A stretch of DNA of 64,000 nt. It comes from an uncultured Pseudomonadota bacterium (GTDB taxonomy: Bacteria > Desulfobacterota > Binatia > Binatales > Binataceae). Position 1 is the first letter of the stretch; each line of letters begins with the position of its first letter. Under the pieces are notes generated by a model. That model saw nothing but the letters and a program-made list of their open reading frames with translations. It did not search any database and had not been told where the DNA came from. The DNA is taken from the NCBI GenBank assembly GCA_963824565.1, contig CAWGQB010000027.1, forward strand, positions 92,548-156,547, in the 5' to 3' direction. This document shows positions 19,687-28,975 of this stretch, piece after piece. The position numbers and the translations under genes were made by a program.

Positions 19687-20400
19687 ATGTCCAAATCACT
19701 GGCTGGTATCCTTTTTGCGCTGCTGACGTTGGGGTTGATACTCAACCAGCCCTCGTTTGCACAGCAAGCTTCGAGTTCAGCGCAACCCGCACCCTCTCCA
19801 GCGGCGGCGGCGCCCGCGCCGGCCGCGGCGCAGCCGGCGCCTTCAGCGGCTGCCGCACAACCTCCCGCCGGGGCATCATCACCGCCGCCGGAGGCAGCCG
19901 CGTCACCAGTCCCGCATGGCCACGGAATCGGTGCAGCCTCGATTCTAACCGTCCACGGCAAGATCGAGTCGGTGAACCGGGCCAAACGACTGGTGACCCT
20001 GGTGGGACCGGAGGGCAACAAGGTTACTTTTAAGGTCGCAAAATCCGTCAGCCTCACGTCAGTGAAGGCGGGAGATCCATTCGTCGCCCACTTTTTTGAA
20101 AGCGTGCACATCCGGCGCAAGCGGCCCGGTGAAGTGCTGCCCGCGGTATCTATCAAGGAAGGAATCAGTGCCGCGCAACCGGGCCAAACCCCGGGCGGTG
20201 TCGTCCACACCAAGAGCAAGGTCGTGCTGAGCGTCACTGCGGTTGATTCCAAGGACCGGACGGTAACGGTTAAAGCTCCCGATGGCACTGAGGAAACCGT
20301 AAAGGTCGGGAATTCCAGGTACCTCAGGCATGTCAAGGTCGGCGATGATTTGGTGGTCACGGTGCGGCAGGCGGTCGCGATCTCGCTCGATAAAGAGTAA
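19687..20400 (+). CDS. secreted hypothetical protein (signal peptide, Ala/Pro-rich linker, two beta-rich repeats)
   Basis: MSKSLAGILFALLTLGLILNQPSFAQQ, then an AP-rich low-complexity stretch, then two similar modules (...VHGKIESVNRAKRLVTLVGPEGNKVTFKV... and ...VVLSVTAVDSKDRTVTVKAPDGTEETVKV...). SD GGAGG at -8. Confidence 0.6.
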   Translation: MSKSLAGILFALLTLGLILNQPSFAQQASSSAQPAPSPAAAAPAPAAAQPAPSAAAAQPPAGASSPPPEAAASPVPHGHGIGAASILTVHGKIESVNRAKRLVTLVGPEGNKVTFKVAKSVSLTSVKAGDPFVAHFFESVHIRRKRPGEVLPAVSIKEGISAAQPGQTPGGVVHTKSKVVLSVTAVDSKDRTVTVKAPDGTEETVKVGNSRYLRHVKVGDDLVVTVRQAVAISLDKE

Positions 20401-20521
20401 TCGCCACTCAGCGCTTCGATTCAGGGCGCATGGCGAAAATAATTCGCGGCAGTTTTTTCGCGAAACTGCACTCGATGCGGGCGAATGGCGCTGATGCCGT
20501 CGCCACGCCGCGCGATGGTTT

Positions 20522-20568
20522 CGATCGGGTCGGGTGACGGGGCGCAATCCCCGTTACCGACCCGATCG
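20522..20568 (+). terminator. long near-perfect hairpin (21-bp arms, 6-nt loop) downstream of the secreted-protein gene
   Basis: cgatcgggtcgggtgacgggg-cgcaat-ccccgttaccgacccgatcg. There is no U-tract, so this may be a stability or attenuation element rather than a canonical intrinsic terminator. Confidence 0.4.
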
Positions 20569-20653
20569 GAAGAGCCGAAGCCAGCCCTGAAATAAACCAA
20601 GCGATTCCCTTGGCGCTTATTTTCAGGCTGGTCATATTCACGAGCACCGCTTT

Positions 20654-21596
20654 ATGGATCGCATGGTCACACTCGACGGAGTGCGGAAAGTCTACCACGC
20701 AAAAGCGCGCGTCGTCGCGCTGGATTCGATCAGCCTGGGCGTCAGGCGCGGCGAGTTGTTTGGACTCTTGGGACCCAATGGAGCGGGCAAGAGTACCACC
20801 ATTGGAATTTGCACGACGCGTACTCTACCGACCGCGGGCGAGGTGTTGATCGCCGATATCGACGTCCTCAAAGAGCCCGCCCGGGCGCGGCGTTGCATGG
20901 GCGTGGTTCCGCAGTACCGGACCCTCGATCGCGCCTGTACGGTTTGGGAGAACCTCTATTTTCATTGCCGCTATTACGGCTTCAAACATTCCGCCGCACG
21001 GCAACGCACCCAGGAGCTGTTGGAGCGGTTCCGCCTTGGCCGAAAGAATCAAGGCTTTCCCGGGCGAACTCTCCGGCGGCCTGGCGCAACGGCTGGAAAT
21101 TGCGCGGGCGATCTCACATCGGCCCGAGGTGCTGTTTTTGGACGAGCCGACGGCCAGCCTGGATCCTCAAACCCGGTTGGCAATATGGGACATCATTCGC
21201 GAACTGCGCGCGAGCGGACTTACCGTGGTGCTCACCACCCACAACATGGAAGAAGCCGATGCGCTATGCGAGCGCGTGGCGATCATCGATCACGGCAAAA
21301 TCCTGGTGTGCGACACTCCGGAGAATTTGAAGAACAGACTCGGCGCGCAGACGATTTTTGACCTCGACCTCAACGGCGCGCCGCCCGAAATCGCGCAACT
21401 CCTGCGCGAGTTGCCGGAGGTGAGCGCGGTCGAGCCGACCGCTACTGGATTTCGGGTCAGCGCCGAAGCTCGTGACGGTCTGCTGCCACGAATCGTCCAG
21501 CTCACCAGCGGACACCATTTGCGCGACATCTCGGTGATCGAGCCGAGCCTCGAAACCGTGTTCATCGCGCTCACTGGAAGAGAGTTGCGTGAGTAG
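20654..21596 (+). pseudogene. ABC-2-type exporter ATP-binding protein, frame break near 21035-21040
   Basis: Walker A GPNGAGKST is in frame 1 (ORF 20654..). The signature LSGGLAQRL, Walker B VLFLDEPT and the H-loop are in ORF 21036..21596. The join is ...ELLERFRL / AERIKAFPGELSGG. Confidence 0.8.
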
Positions 21597-22404
21597 CGAT
21601 ACCCCGGCCGCTTCCTTGATTTATTTGCGCTCCTTCACGGGCCTGATGCTGCGCGATTTTCGCGTCCTGCGGCGCGAGTTCATCGCCTTCCTAATCCGAA
21701 CCGTGATGAACCCGCTGTTGTTCGTGTTTGTGTTCACTTATCTGTTTCCGAAAATCGGTCAAGGAGTGAAAGGCGTCCAGGGTGTCAGCTTCGGCACTAT
21801 TCTGCTTCCCGGTTTGATCGCGGTCGGCATCTTCTTCCAGGGCATTATGGCGGTTGCGCTCCCGCTATCGCAGGAACTTGGGGCGACCCGTGAAATCCAT
21901 GACCGCGTGATGGCGCCCTTGCCGGTCGTCCTGGTGGCGGTTGAGAAGATTGTGTTCAGTGCGCTGCAAAGCGTGCTCGCGGCGATTGTCATATTCCCGC
22001 TGGTCGATCTAATCCCGCTTAATCCCGTACAGGTACACATTTATAGCTGGCCGCTGCTGGTAATTATGGTGCTGCTGGCGGGTCTGGTGTCGGGTGCGGT
22101 CGGACTTACCATCGGAACGATCGTAAAGCCGCAACAGATCGGATTGATCTTTGGCGTGGTGGTGGTGCCGGTGACCTTTCTCGGATGCGTCTATTATCCA
22201 TGGGCGGTGCTGTCGCACGTGCCTTGGCTGCAGATCCTGGTTCTGGTCAACCCGATCGTTTATATGAGCGAAGGATTGCGCGCCGCGCTCACCGCTCAGG
22301 TCCAGCACATGCCTGTGGCGGCGATCCTGACCGCCCTGTCGGCCGCGTTGGCGCTGATCGGCTTTATCGGGATCCGCGGCTTCATGCGCCGGGTCGTGGA
22401 TTAG
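21589..22404 (+). CDS. ABC-2 family transporter permease
   Basis: 271 aa with 6 predicted TM segments. The GTG start overlaps the ATPase stop. Sequence is ABC-2 like (..LRDFRVLRREFIAFLIRT..). Confidence 0.8.
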   Translation: MSSDTPAASLIYLRSFTGLMLRDFRVLRREFIAFLIRTVMNPLLFVFVFTYLFPKIGQGVKGVQGVSFGTILLPGLIAVGIFFQGIMAVALPLSQELGATREIHDRVMAPLPVVLVAVEKIVFSALQSVLAAIVIFPLVDLIPLNPVQVHIYSWPLLVIMVLLAGLVSGAVGLTIGTIVKPQQIGLIFGVVVVPVTFLGCVYYPWAVLSHVPWLQILVLVNPIVYMSEGLRAALTAQVQHMPVAAILTALSAALALIGFIGIRGFMRRVVD

Positions 22405-22466
22405 ACCAGGAAAGCAACAAGTGGCCTGGAGTGGGGCCGGTTTTACCTTCGTCCGACGGATAGTCA

Positions 22467-22916
22467 TCAGATGCGCGGTATCCGAGAGCCGACCTCGCTC
22501 GCGATATTCGACGCGAGCCAAAATACTCCAGTGGCGTAGCCGGCCCATTTGTGGGCAGCTCGCAGAACGGCTGACCTTCGCCATCCAAGCCTCATTGCCA
22601 CCATCAACGATCCACCCAGAACCGGCATCACCGCCATCAAGCCGAAGTAGATGAGTCCCACGTTTTGGTGAAACTCCATAAAGCGAATATGCCAGGGATT
22701 CGTAATCGGCGCTCGCGGTTGGTTGAGAACCGTTACGGTGTTCATATAGACCACGAACACGCTGAGAAAGAACGCCGCAGCCCAGCGCATGACGTGCCCC
22801 AAGGTGCCCTTGACGCCGAGGTATTGCCACAAGAGCAGGACCCCGGTGAGGAGAGTGAGCGAGAACGAAATCGGGTAATTCCAGAATCGAAGCAAAAGCG
22901 TCGAAATGAATTCCAT
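22467..22916 (-). CDS. hypothetical 4-TM membrane protein
   Basis: ORF track 22467..23042, trimmed to ATG 22916 (MEFISTLLLRFWNYPISFSLTLLTGVLLLW...). No family recognised. Confidence 0.4.
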   Translation of the reverse strand: MEFISTLLLRFWNYPISFSLTLLTGVLLLWQYLGVKGTLGHVMRWAAAFFLSVFVVYMNTVTVLNQPRAPITNPWHIRFMEFHQNVGLIYFGLMAVMPVLGGSLMVAMRLGWRRSAVLRAAHKWAGYATGVFWLASNIASEVGSRIPRI

Positions 22917-22941
22917 GGTGTTGGCCGTGAGCGAATTTCGA

Positions 22942-23399
22942 TTAATGGACCCAGGTGGCGATCGCTTCGGCTGCCACCAGAAACATGACCGCAGTGGAAA
23001 TCCATCCGACCACCTTTTGCCGCAATGGGAGCCTGAGCACACCCGTCACTTTCGGATTGGCGGTCATCAGCATCATTACGACCATGATCGGACACCGCGG
23101 CGATGCCATTGATCACCGCGCTCCAAAACAGTGCCTTGATCGGATCGATGGAAGTGAAGTTCAATGCCACACCCATACCCAGCAGCGTGGCGACGCCTAA
23201 AGTTCCATGGAAGCCCCTTGCTTTAGCGTGCCTCCGCTCGAGCCCTGTAGGCCACTTGAGGGCCTCGGTGTTGGAGCGCGAAATCGACCAGAACATCGCG
23301 CCGCGGAGGTCGAGCATCTCAATCAGCTCCGCGCCGCTTACCAGCAGGCCATCGATGGCAAGTGGCCGGAAGGCCTGATGTGGGAGCGGTCCATCGCTA
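22942..23399 (-). pseudogene. Nramp-family divalent-metal transporter, C-terminal fragment (frame break near 23090; TAG at 23399..23397 at its upstream limit)
   Basis: ...EALKWPTGLERRHAKARGFHGTLGVATLLGMGVALNFTSIDPIKALFWSAVINGIAAV, then PIMVVMMLMTANPKVTGVLRLPLRQKVVGWISTAVMFLVAAEAIATWVH*. This matches the conserved C-terminus I recall for this Nramp subfamily (..DPIKAL.WSAVINGV.A.P.M..MM.....). Confidence 0.55.
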
Positions 23400-23458
23400 T
23401 CGCGTTGCGATCATCGCCAGCCGTGAGAAGGCTGCCCGGCTGCGGTAATCCCTCTCTG

Positions 23459-25396
23459 TCAGGGAAGTGGCTTGCGAGCGTTCAAATGGCACTCCTCTTC
23501 CGCCGCCGTCCCCCACGAGCCGTACTCGGCAACGTATCCGGATCGGCGGTCGAGGACCCACGTCTCGTTCATGATGTGCATGTTGCTGTCGACGGTGCCG
23601 AACGCGAACTGGAGCTTCGCCCCGTCCGGGATCGCGTCCGCAGGCATGATGTCGTACAAGTTCCCCCTGAACATGTTCCGAGCCTTGGGCTCCACCAACT
23701 TACCCTCGTACAGGATGCATGCGATGGCGCTGAACGCCCCCTCCTGATTCAGCCTGAAATAGGCGATCGTGTTGTCTTCTGCCATGTAACTCGGATTGCG
23801 CGGATCGTCTGCGAACCAAAACCGCTTGAATGTCCCGGCCGGGAAGTACGTGTCGCTCGTATCATTGCGCGCCTTGAGGTTTCGCCCTATCCAGTCAACG
23901 ACGAGTTCGGTTCCGGTGAATTGGTCGTAGTTTCGTGTGGGTACTTTGAAATTGTCGTACGAGGACGCCCAGTCCGTCACCCCGGTCACGCCGGGCGAGA
24001 TCCAAGCGTCCGTCAAATCTCTCACGATCGCCAGGGACTTCCCGGATTTGTACATCTTGCGCATCCCGTTCATGCGACGCAGAATGCACCAGTTTGTCTG
24101 CCCACCGACGTAGATTATGTTCGGTCTGTTGCTAGTGAGGGCAAGCACTTCCTCGTAAGAGTTACCATTGTTGTCGCCTGCAACACCATCAGCGGAAACT
24201 GCATCAGTTGAATAGATTATGATTTGTGCGTTCTGTCGGGAAGGAGTGCCTCCGCTGACAATCCCACGCATTCGTCCAGCGGGTGAATCGATGCCGTTAT
24301 TGGGGTCAATGTTATTGACAATAAAATCGAAATCCTCTTCGATTAATCTACCGACTGGGTCTGAGCGGTCGCCAATGAGCCCAATGTAGTAATACCCGTT
24401 GCGGACCCAAATCTCTACCGGTGCACCCGAAGGAAATCGCGCGTTGATCGCATTTTGTCGCGCTTGCCGCTCCTCGGGGGTCGATCCGTTCGTGGTTGTG
24501 GTGGGATCATATCGGCCCTTGATTGTCCCCCGCATGTCAGAGGGTGAGCCCGTACTTGGCGAATGTATGATGAGTGCACCCGCATTGCGTGCGGCTGTTA
24601 CGAACTTGTTGATTTGCGGTGCCACTTCGCCGACGCGCGAGGCTGTACCTTGGCTCGGGTGGGTATTCCACATATCCATGATCAGCACCGCAGTCTCCGC
24701 CCAATCCTTCGGGGTCAAGACACCATTTGGAAACGGACGATTGACAAGTTTGCAAACATGGCGGAACGGGTCGCCTTCATCGTGGTAATTGTTGATGGAT
24801 TTTCCAGGCTGGAATTCAATCGTCTGAGTCTTCTCTTTGACAAATACATTGACGCCGTCGATCCGCCCATCTACATGCGTGTTATTGTCGAGGCGGCCTG
24901 AAAACGGCGGCTTGGAATTCCATGCGACCACCTCTTCGGTGCTTTTGACCCAAACACAATTCGTGCCGTCGGCATGGCATGAGTCACCAACGGGGCTTGC
25001 AGCCCAGTTGTGCCAGCACACTCTGGTCATGTCGCCAAAAATAATTGGCGCGCCTGTGGGGACGGCGGTAGCGGGCCGGGGTACTGCAGTTCCTGCTTTT
25101 GGGACTATCTTGACGTTGGAGCCGTCGACCGAAGTACAGTTGCAATTCGGATTGCTGGGGCGACCAAAATCGGTGAAATTCTGGTGATGACACACGACCC
25201 TCTCAGAGTTATTCAGTATTATGCAATGTGACCCGTCGATTCGACATTTGTTCGGCTGGTCGCATGGCTGTCGGAAGCCCGTATGCCAGCACACGACACT
25301 CTGGAAGTCTTCGACCATCGCGCAATTGCTGCCATCCGGACTACAGGTGTCGCCTGCCGGGCTAGCTGCCCAATTGTGCCAACATACTTTTCTCAT
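23459..25396 (-). CDS. orphan 645-aa protein: N-terminal Cys/Trp/His-rich repeats + isochorismatase-like (cysteine-hydrolase-fold) core with a large insert + beta-rich C-terminal domain
   Basis: Intact ORF with ATG 25396 (SD AAGGA) and no signal peptide. There are four or five ~30-aa repeats (RKVCWHNWAASPAGDTCSPDGSNC, VVCWHTGFRQPCDQPNKCRIDGSHC, VVCHHQNFTDFGRPSNPNCNCTSVDGSN, TRVCWHNWAASPVGDSCHADGTNC). The blocks AVLIMDMWNTHPSQGTASRVGEVAPQINKFVTAARNAGALIIHSPS and IIYVGGQTNWCILRRMNGMRKMYKSGKSLAIVRDLTDAW resemble an isochorismatase-like family. G+C is visibly low. Confidence 0.7.
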   Translation of the reverse strand: MRKVCWHNWAASPAGDTCSPDGSNCAMVEDFQSVVCWHTGFRQPCDQPNKCRIDGSHCIILNNSERVVCHHQNFTDFGRPSNPNCNCTSVDGSNVKIVPKAGTAVPRPATAVPTGAPIIFGDMTRVCWHNWAASPVGDSCHADGTNCVWVKSTEEVVAWNSKPPFSGRLDNNTHVDGRIDGVNVFVKEKTQTIEFQPGKSINNYHDEGDPFRHVCKLVNRPFPNGVLTPKDWAETAVLIMDMWNTHPSQGTASRVGEVAPQINKFVTAARNAGALIIHSPSTGSPSDMRGTIKGRYDPTTTTNGSTPEERQARQNAINARFPSGAPVEIWVRNGYYYIGLIGDRSDPVGRLIEEDFDFIVNNIDPNNGIDSPAGRMRGIVSGGTPSRQNAQIIIYSTDAVSADGVAGDNNGNSYEEVLALTSNRPNIIYVGGQTNWCILRRMNGMRKMYKSGKSLAIVRDLTDAWISPGVTGVTDWASSYDNFKVPTRNYDQFTGTELVVDWIGRNLKARNDTSDTYFPAGTFKRFWFADDPRNPSYMAEDNTIAYFRLNQEGAFSAIACILYEGKLVEPKARNMFRGNLYDIMPADAIPDGAKLQFAFGTVDSNMHIMNETWVLDRRSGYVAEYGSWGTAAEEECHLNARKPLP

Positions 25397-25479
25397 GAAA
25401 TGTTTCCTTCAATTCGGAGAGAATAGTCTGGAAGAAACGTCTGCGGTACGAACTTAAACCGGAATTTCCGTTTTGCCTC

Positions 25480-26425
25480 TCCGATTTCAACTCCGCATAT
25501 AGACCAACCGGCTTCCCTCGGCAAGGTTTTGGCCCATTTGGCCCAGTTTTGGTCCACGGTGCCGCCAGCCGCGCCCGGATGGGTCGGTTTAGCGTCTCGC
25601 GGCCACGCAACCCCCAGAAATGCCGTTCGTCCAATCGATTCCGGCAACCACTTCTCCCTCCCCCCATCTCGTCATCAAAATCTGCTGCGCTCCGCGGGCC
25701 GCCTATCCGGCTGGCACCGGCAGCGTCACAATACTCTGCAGCATGCCGCCAAACAGCCGCCGCGTCAGGTGGCTCTCCGCCAGCAGCAACCAGTAGTAGC
25801 GGGCGTGTTTAATCAGACGGCCCCCGGTTTTCACCAGCCGCTGCTGCAAGCTGGTGAGCGACCAGTTGGCGACCGCTGCCCGCAGCGCCAGCCGCCGCCA
25901 CAGATTGCCCAGATTGTAGGCAATAACACTGAGCCACAGCCGCACTTCATTGGCCCGAAAGCGGTGGCCGCTAAGCCGCGTCATCGCGACCGCCTGCTTG
26001 CCTTCCTTTATCCATTGTTCCGCCGTGCCGCGCTTGTTGTAGAACGTCACCACCGCTCGGCTTGAAACGGTAAGGTTGGTCACGATGAACCCGACCCGCG
26101 GGAACAACTCCCCGAAGTGGAACTCCACCTTCGCCACCACCCGCCGCGCCCTGGTCCAGCTCGCTGCCTGATAGTGAAAGCTCTTGTAGCGCACCACCGG
26201 CTTGTAGCTGGGCCTTCCCACCGGGCGGGTCAACAATTGAGCAACCTTGCGCTCCAGGTTGTCGTTGGCCGGAAGGCGGATCGCGTACTTTGCCTCCCGC
26301 TCCTCGACCGCTCGCAGACCTCCGGCTTGGCGAAGGCGGCGTCACCGCGGAAGGCCACCTCCTAGCCCTGCGCCTGCTGCCGGTCGATCTCGGGCAACAG
26401 CAGTTCCTCCCAGCCCTCACTCGGC
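25480..26425 (-). mobile_element. IS1380-family remnant 2 (C-terminal ~2/3 of the transposase with one frame break and one in-frame TAG, plus the 3' end); boundaries approximate
   Basis: ...GWEELLLPEIDRQQAQG*EVAFRGDAAFAKPE, then LRAVEEREAKYAIRLPANDNLERKVAQLLTRPVGRPSYKPVVRYKSFHYQAASW...YNKRGTAEQWIKEGK...WSLTSLQQRLVKTGGRLIKHARYYWLLLAE...PVPAG*. The TAG is at 26364..26362 and the frame break is near 26330. The N-terminal third is absent. Confidence 0.7.
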
Positions 26426-26611
26426 GATCCACGCGCCGATCTCCTGAATTCCCGCCATGAGCGGATAGGAAAAAAGCATCGTCCAGAGCATCGCAAAGCC
26501 GAATTGAGCACCGACTTGGGAGTATGTCGCGATACCACTCGGGTCGTCGTCGGCGGCCCCGGTGACAATGCCGGGACCCAGCTTTCCCATGCCGCGCAAG
26601 GCCTTCGACAC
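26426..26611 (-). pseudogene. Nramp-family transporter, N-terminal ~60 codons (interrupted by IS remnant 2)
   Basis: (V)SKALRGMGKLGPGIVTGAADDDPSGIATYSQVGAQFGFAMLWTMLFSYPLMAGIQEIGA contains the hallmark GPG..TGA.DDDPSGIATYSQ.GAQFG motif. Homology stops abruptly where transposase-like sequence begins. Confidence 0.65.
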
Positions 26612-27060
26612 TATTGAGGAGGAAGACCCCGATTTCGATGCCGGAGACTCGGTGCGAACTGCGCGGTCACGGCCAGGCCTTCACGCCATCTGGTCATCCA
26701 CCTTTATCCATCGCGTCGTCACTATCGTATGCAGTTATCGATAAGTCTCCGATTCCGGTTTCGTTTCCGTCTTTTGAGCAGACGGTCCCCTCGGACGGTC
26801 GGAACTGGCGTTGGCCATAGTGCGGTTCTATCATGAAACGGTAGGCGCTGACCGGCCAGGAACGTTGTGGTCTTTGCACCGAGGCGCTCCAAAACACTCG
26901 ACAGACGGCAGTTACAGCCTGGCGCGTGCCGCACCGTGGAGACCGAGCTTTTTTCCTTATTACATTTCCGAAGCGCCGGTGACTGGTATTGTCTCAGATG
27001 CCAATACAGAGGCCAACAGCTTCTTATGCTAACCTTGAACATAGATCATAATGTGCGCGA

Positions 27061-27754
27061 TTGGGCCCCCCTGGAGCGGCATACATTCACGCCGGCCGTA
27101 GGCTCCCATACGAAGACGACGGCATCCAAGCGACGCTTATTCAAGATGCCGGCAAGTCAGCCCGGCTGGACAGCAGTGCTTGCGAGAGGATCCGGATTGC
27201 CGAACATTCAAAGCTTCGCGCCGCCTCCAACCTGGGATTCGTGGTCTGGGTTGTCTACGGGATCTTATAGGGGCTCGGTGATTTGACTGCCGCCGCAGTG
27301 GCCGGGCTTGTGATCATGCTCGCGGTAGTTGCAAGTGAGAAACGCACTGACAATTTGAAGATAATCGACTTAACATCGCTCGGTTTCTTTGTTCTTGTCC
27401 TGATTATGTCGGCGATCAAGTTTTCTACCGCTACCACATCATTCTCGTATGGAGCGGGTTCGCGGTGGTCGCCTGGGCAACGATACTTTTCGGCTTTCCG
27501 TTCACCCTCCAGTACGCGCGCAAAGGGGTGCCGGACGAGGTCCGCAACAACCAGCTGTTTTATCGGGTAAATCTCCGGATTACCACAGTTTGGCCCTCAT
27601 CTTTACGCTCGACACGGTCCTGGCGATCGTCGCCCTCGGAGCAACCTATGTCAGGACATTGTCGTTAATTATCCCGGGCGCGAGCATGATTGTCGGCTAC
27701 GCATTCAACCGACTTTACCTCGCGCCTAACCGAAGTAAATTCGGTCTTATATGA
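27061..27754 (+). pseudogene. multi-pass membrane protein of unknown family, disrupted (in-frame TAG 27268..27270 plus two frame breaks); start uncertain
   Basis: ...NLGFVVWVVYGIL*GLGDLTAAAVAGLVIMLAVVASEKR...LGFFVLVLIMSAIKF, then VVAWATILFGFPFTLQYARKGVPDEVRNNQLFYRVNLRITTVW, then LIFTLDTVLAIVALGATYVRTLSLIIPGASMIVGYAFNRLY...*. Assembled from three ORF-track pieces. Confidence 0.4.
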
Positions 27755-28060
27755 AACCCTTTTTTGGCAGTCCCAAAGCGACAATAAATAGCGCACGGAG
27801 GGTGGAAAACCCTCACCCTACCCTGTCCCTTGAGTAAATGTAGAAGGCATCAAACACACCTCACCAGCACATTCTGTGCCCTTTCCCTTATGTGACGAAA
27901 CGCTAAAGCATGTCGGTGTCGATGTCGTCATAGTCGTGGCGGAAAACCCTGCCAAGTTGACCGATTTTTGCGAATGCCACTTCCAAGTGCTTGTCGTTAA
28001 GGGTGTCGCCGTGCTTTCGTGACCGATAACACCGCCCCGAGAGTGAGGACGAATCAAACA

Positions 28061-28438
28061 ATGACGGAAAGCCGCAGCTCAGCTCCCAGTGACTACCTGG
28101 CCGCGGAACGAACCTTCCTCGCCTGGATCCGCACCGGACTCGCCTTGATGGGATTCGGCTTCGTCGTCGCGCGCTTCGGCCTGTTTTTGCGTGAGATCGC
28201 GGTTACCACTCACACCCGCTCATTTGAATCCACCGGCGTCTCACTCTGGATTGGAACCGTGCTCCTGCTGATGGGCGTATTCGTGAACGTTGCCGCATCG
28301 ATCCATCACATAGGCCTAATCGGTAAGCTCAACCGTGGCGAAGCGATCGGGCAGCCGTCCGCCGTCGCGATTGCTGTGGCGCTGACGCTGGCGACCCTCG
28401 GTTTGGCGCTAGCCGTGTACTTCGTGCTGATGAGATGA
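28061..28438 (+). CDS. DUF202 (YidH-like) membrane protein
   Basis: SDYLAAERTFLAWIRTGLALMGFGFVVARF is the DUF202 signature. There are three TM segments. I prefer ATG 28061 over GTG 28019. Confidence 0.75.
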   Translation: MTESRSSAPSDYLAAERTFLAWIRTGLALMGFGFVVARFGLFLREIAVTTHTRSFESTGVSLWIGTVLLLMGVFVNVAASIHHIGLIGKLNRGEAIGQPSAVAIAVALTLATLGLALAVYFVLMR

Positions 28439-28534
28439 TGAACCCGATGATCTAATTGCCTTGACATCGATCCATCGACGACTGGTCAAGCACGATCGCC
28501 TGGATCGCAAACAGCTCCGGTAAACGACTTACTA

Positions 28535-28975
28535 CTAAAAGACGACTGGGAAAGTGAGGACGTCAAAAAACTTAAAGGCCTCCAGGCCAAGCCCATCCGA
28601 TTCCTTGCGGAGCATCCCCGTATATTGAGTGTCCGCGGGAAAATAGGTAACTACCCATCCGCGACGAATACGATTGCTACGATTCGGAAGGCTACCATGC
28701 ACCAAGAGACCGTCATGCACGATTGCTTCGCCCACGCGCAACGACATGCACGCTACATCTCCCACGATTTCCCAGTCGTAATCGCGGAGCATATGCTCCA
28801 GATCGCCCTGGGTGGGCTTCGGCGTTTGCGGTCCGCGCCAGCGCGAAACGTCGTAGTAGGCACCCCTTCCCAGCCGTCAGGAGAAGTCTGGCGGAAGTTT
28901 TGGCCGCCGAAACCATCAGCGCTGACGATGAGATGACAATGCGGCTCCTTCAGCAGTGTAAGGTTGAAGGACACC
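28535..28975 (-). pseudogene. phytanoyl-CoA dioxygenase (PhyH)-like fragment, N-terminally truncated, frame break at the CCCC run 28863-28866
   Basis: ...LLKEPHCHLIVSADGFGGQNFRQTSPDGWEG, then AYYDVSRWRGPQ...MLRDYDWEIVGDVACMSLRVGEAIVHDGLLVHGSLPNRSNRIRRGWVVTYF (the distal His of the 2OG-oxygenase fold). It overlaps the 3' tail of the multicopper oxidase ORF. Confidence 0.45.

Noticed and set aside
26612-26820. 5' region of the Nramp gene. I looked for a Mn2+ (yybP-ykoY) riboswitch, since Mn transporter genes such as mntH often have one.
   Set aside because: I saw only one short hairpin (CCGTC...GACGG). None of the conserved yybP-ykoY sequence blocks I remember is present.
14554-27270. Three to four in-frame TAG codons inside otherwise continuous homologous frames: the methyltransferase (14554), the IS transposase (26362), the membrane protein (27268) and possibly Nramp (23397). 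I considered amber recoding (pyrrolysine or suppressor).
   Set aside because: TAG is used as the genuine terminator of well-supported genes here (DUF1329 at 687, EthD at 17448, MCO-2 at 35763). No pyl genes or suppressor tRNA are visible. All affected genes lie in decayed regions. In high-G+C DNA, CAG/GAG/TGG-to-TAG changes are the commonest nonsense route. I treat these as nonsense mutations.
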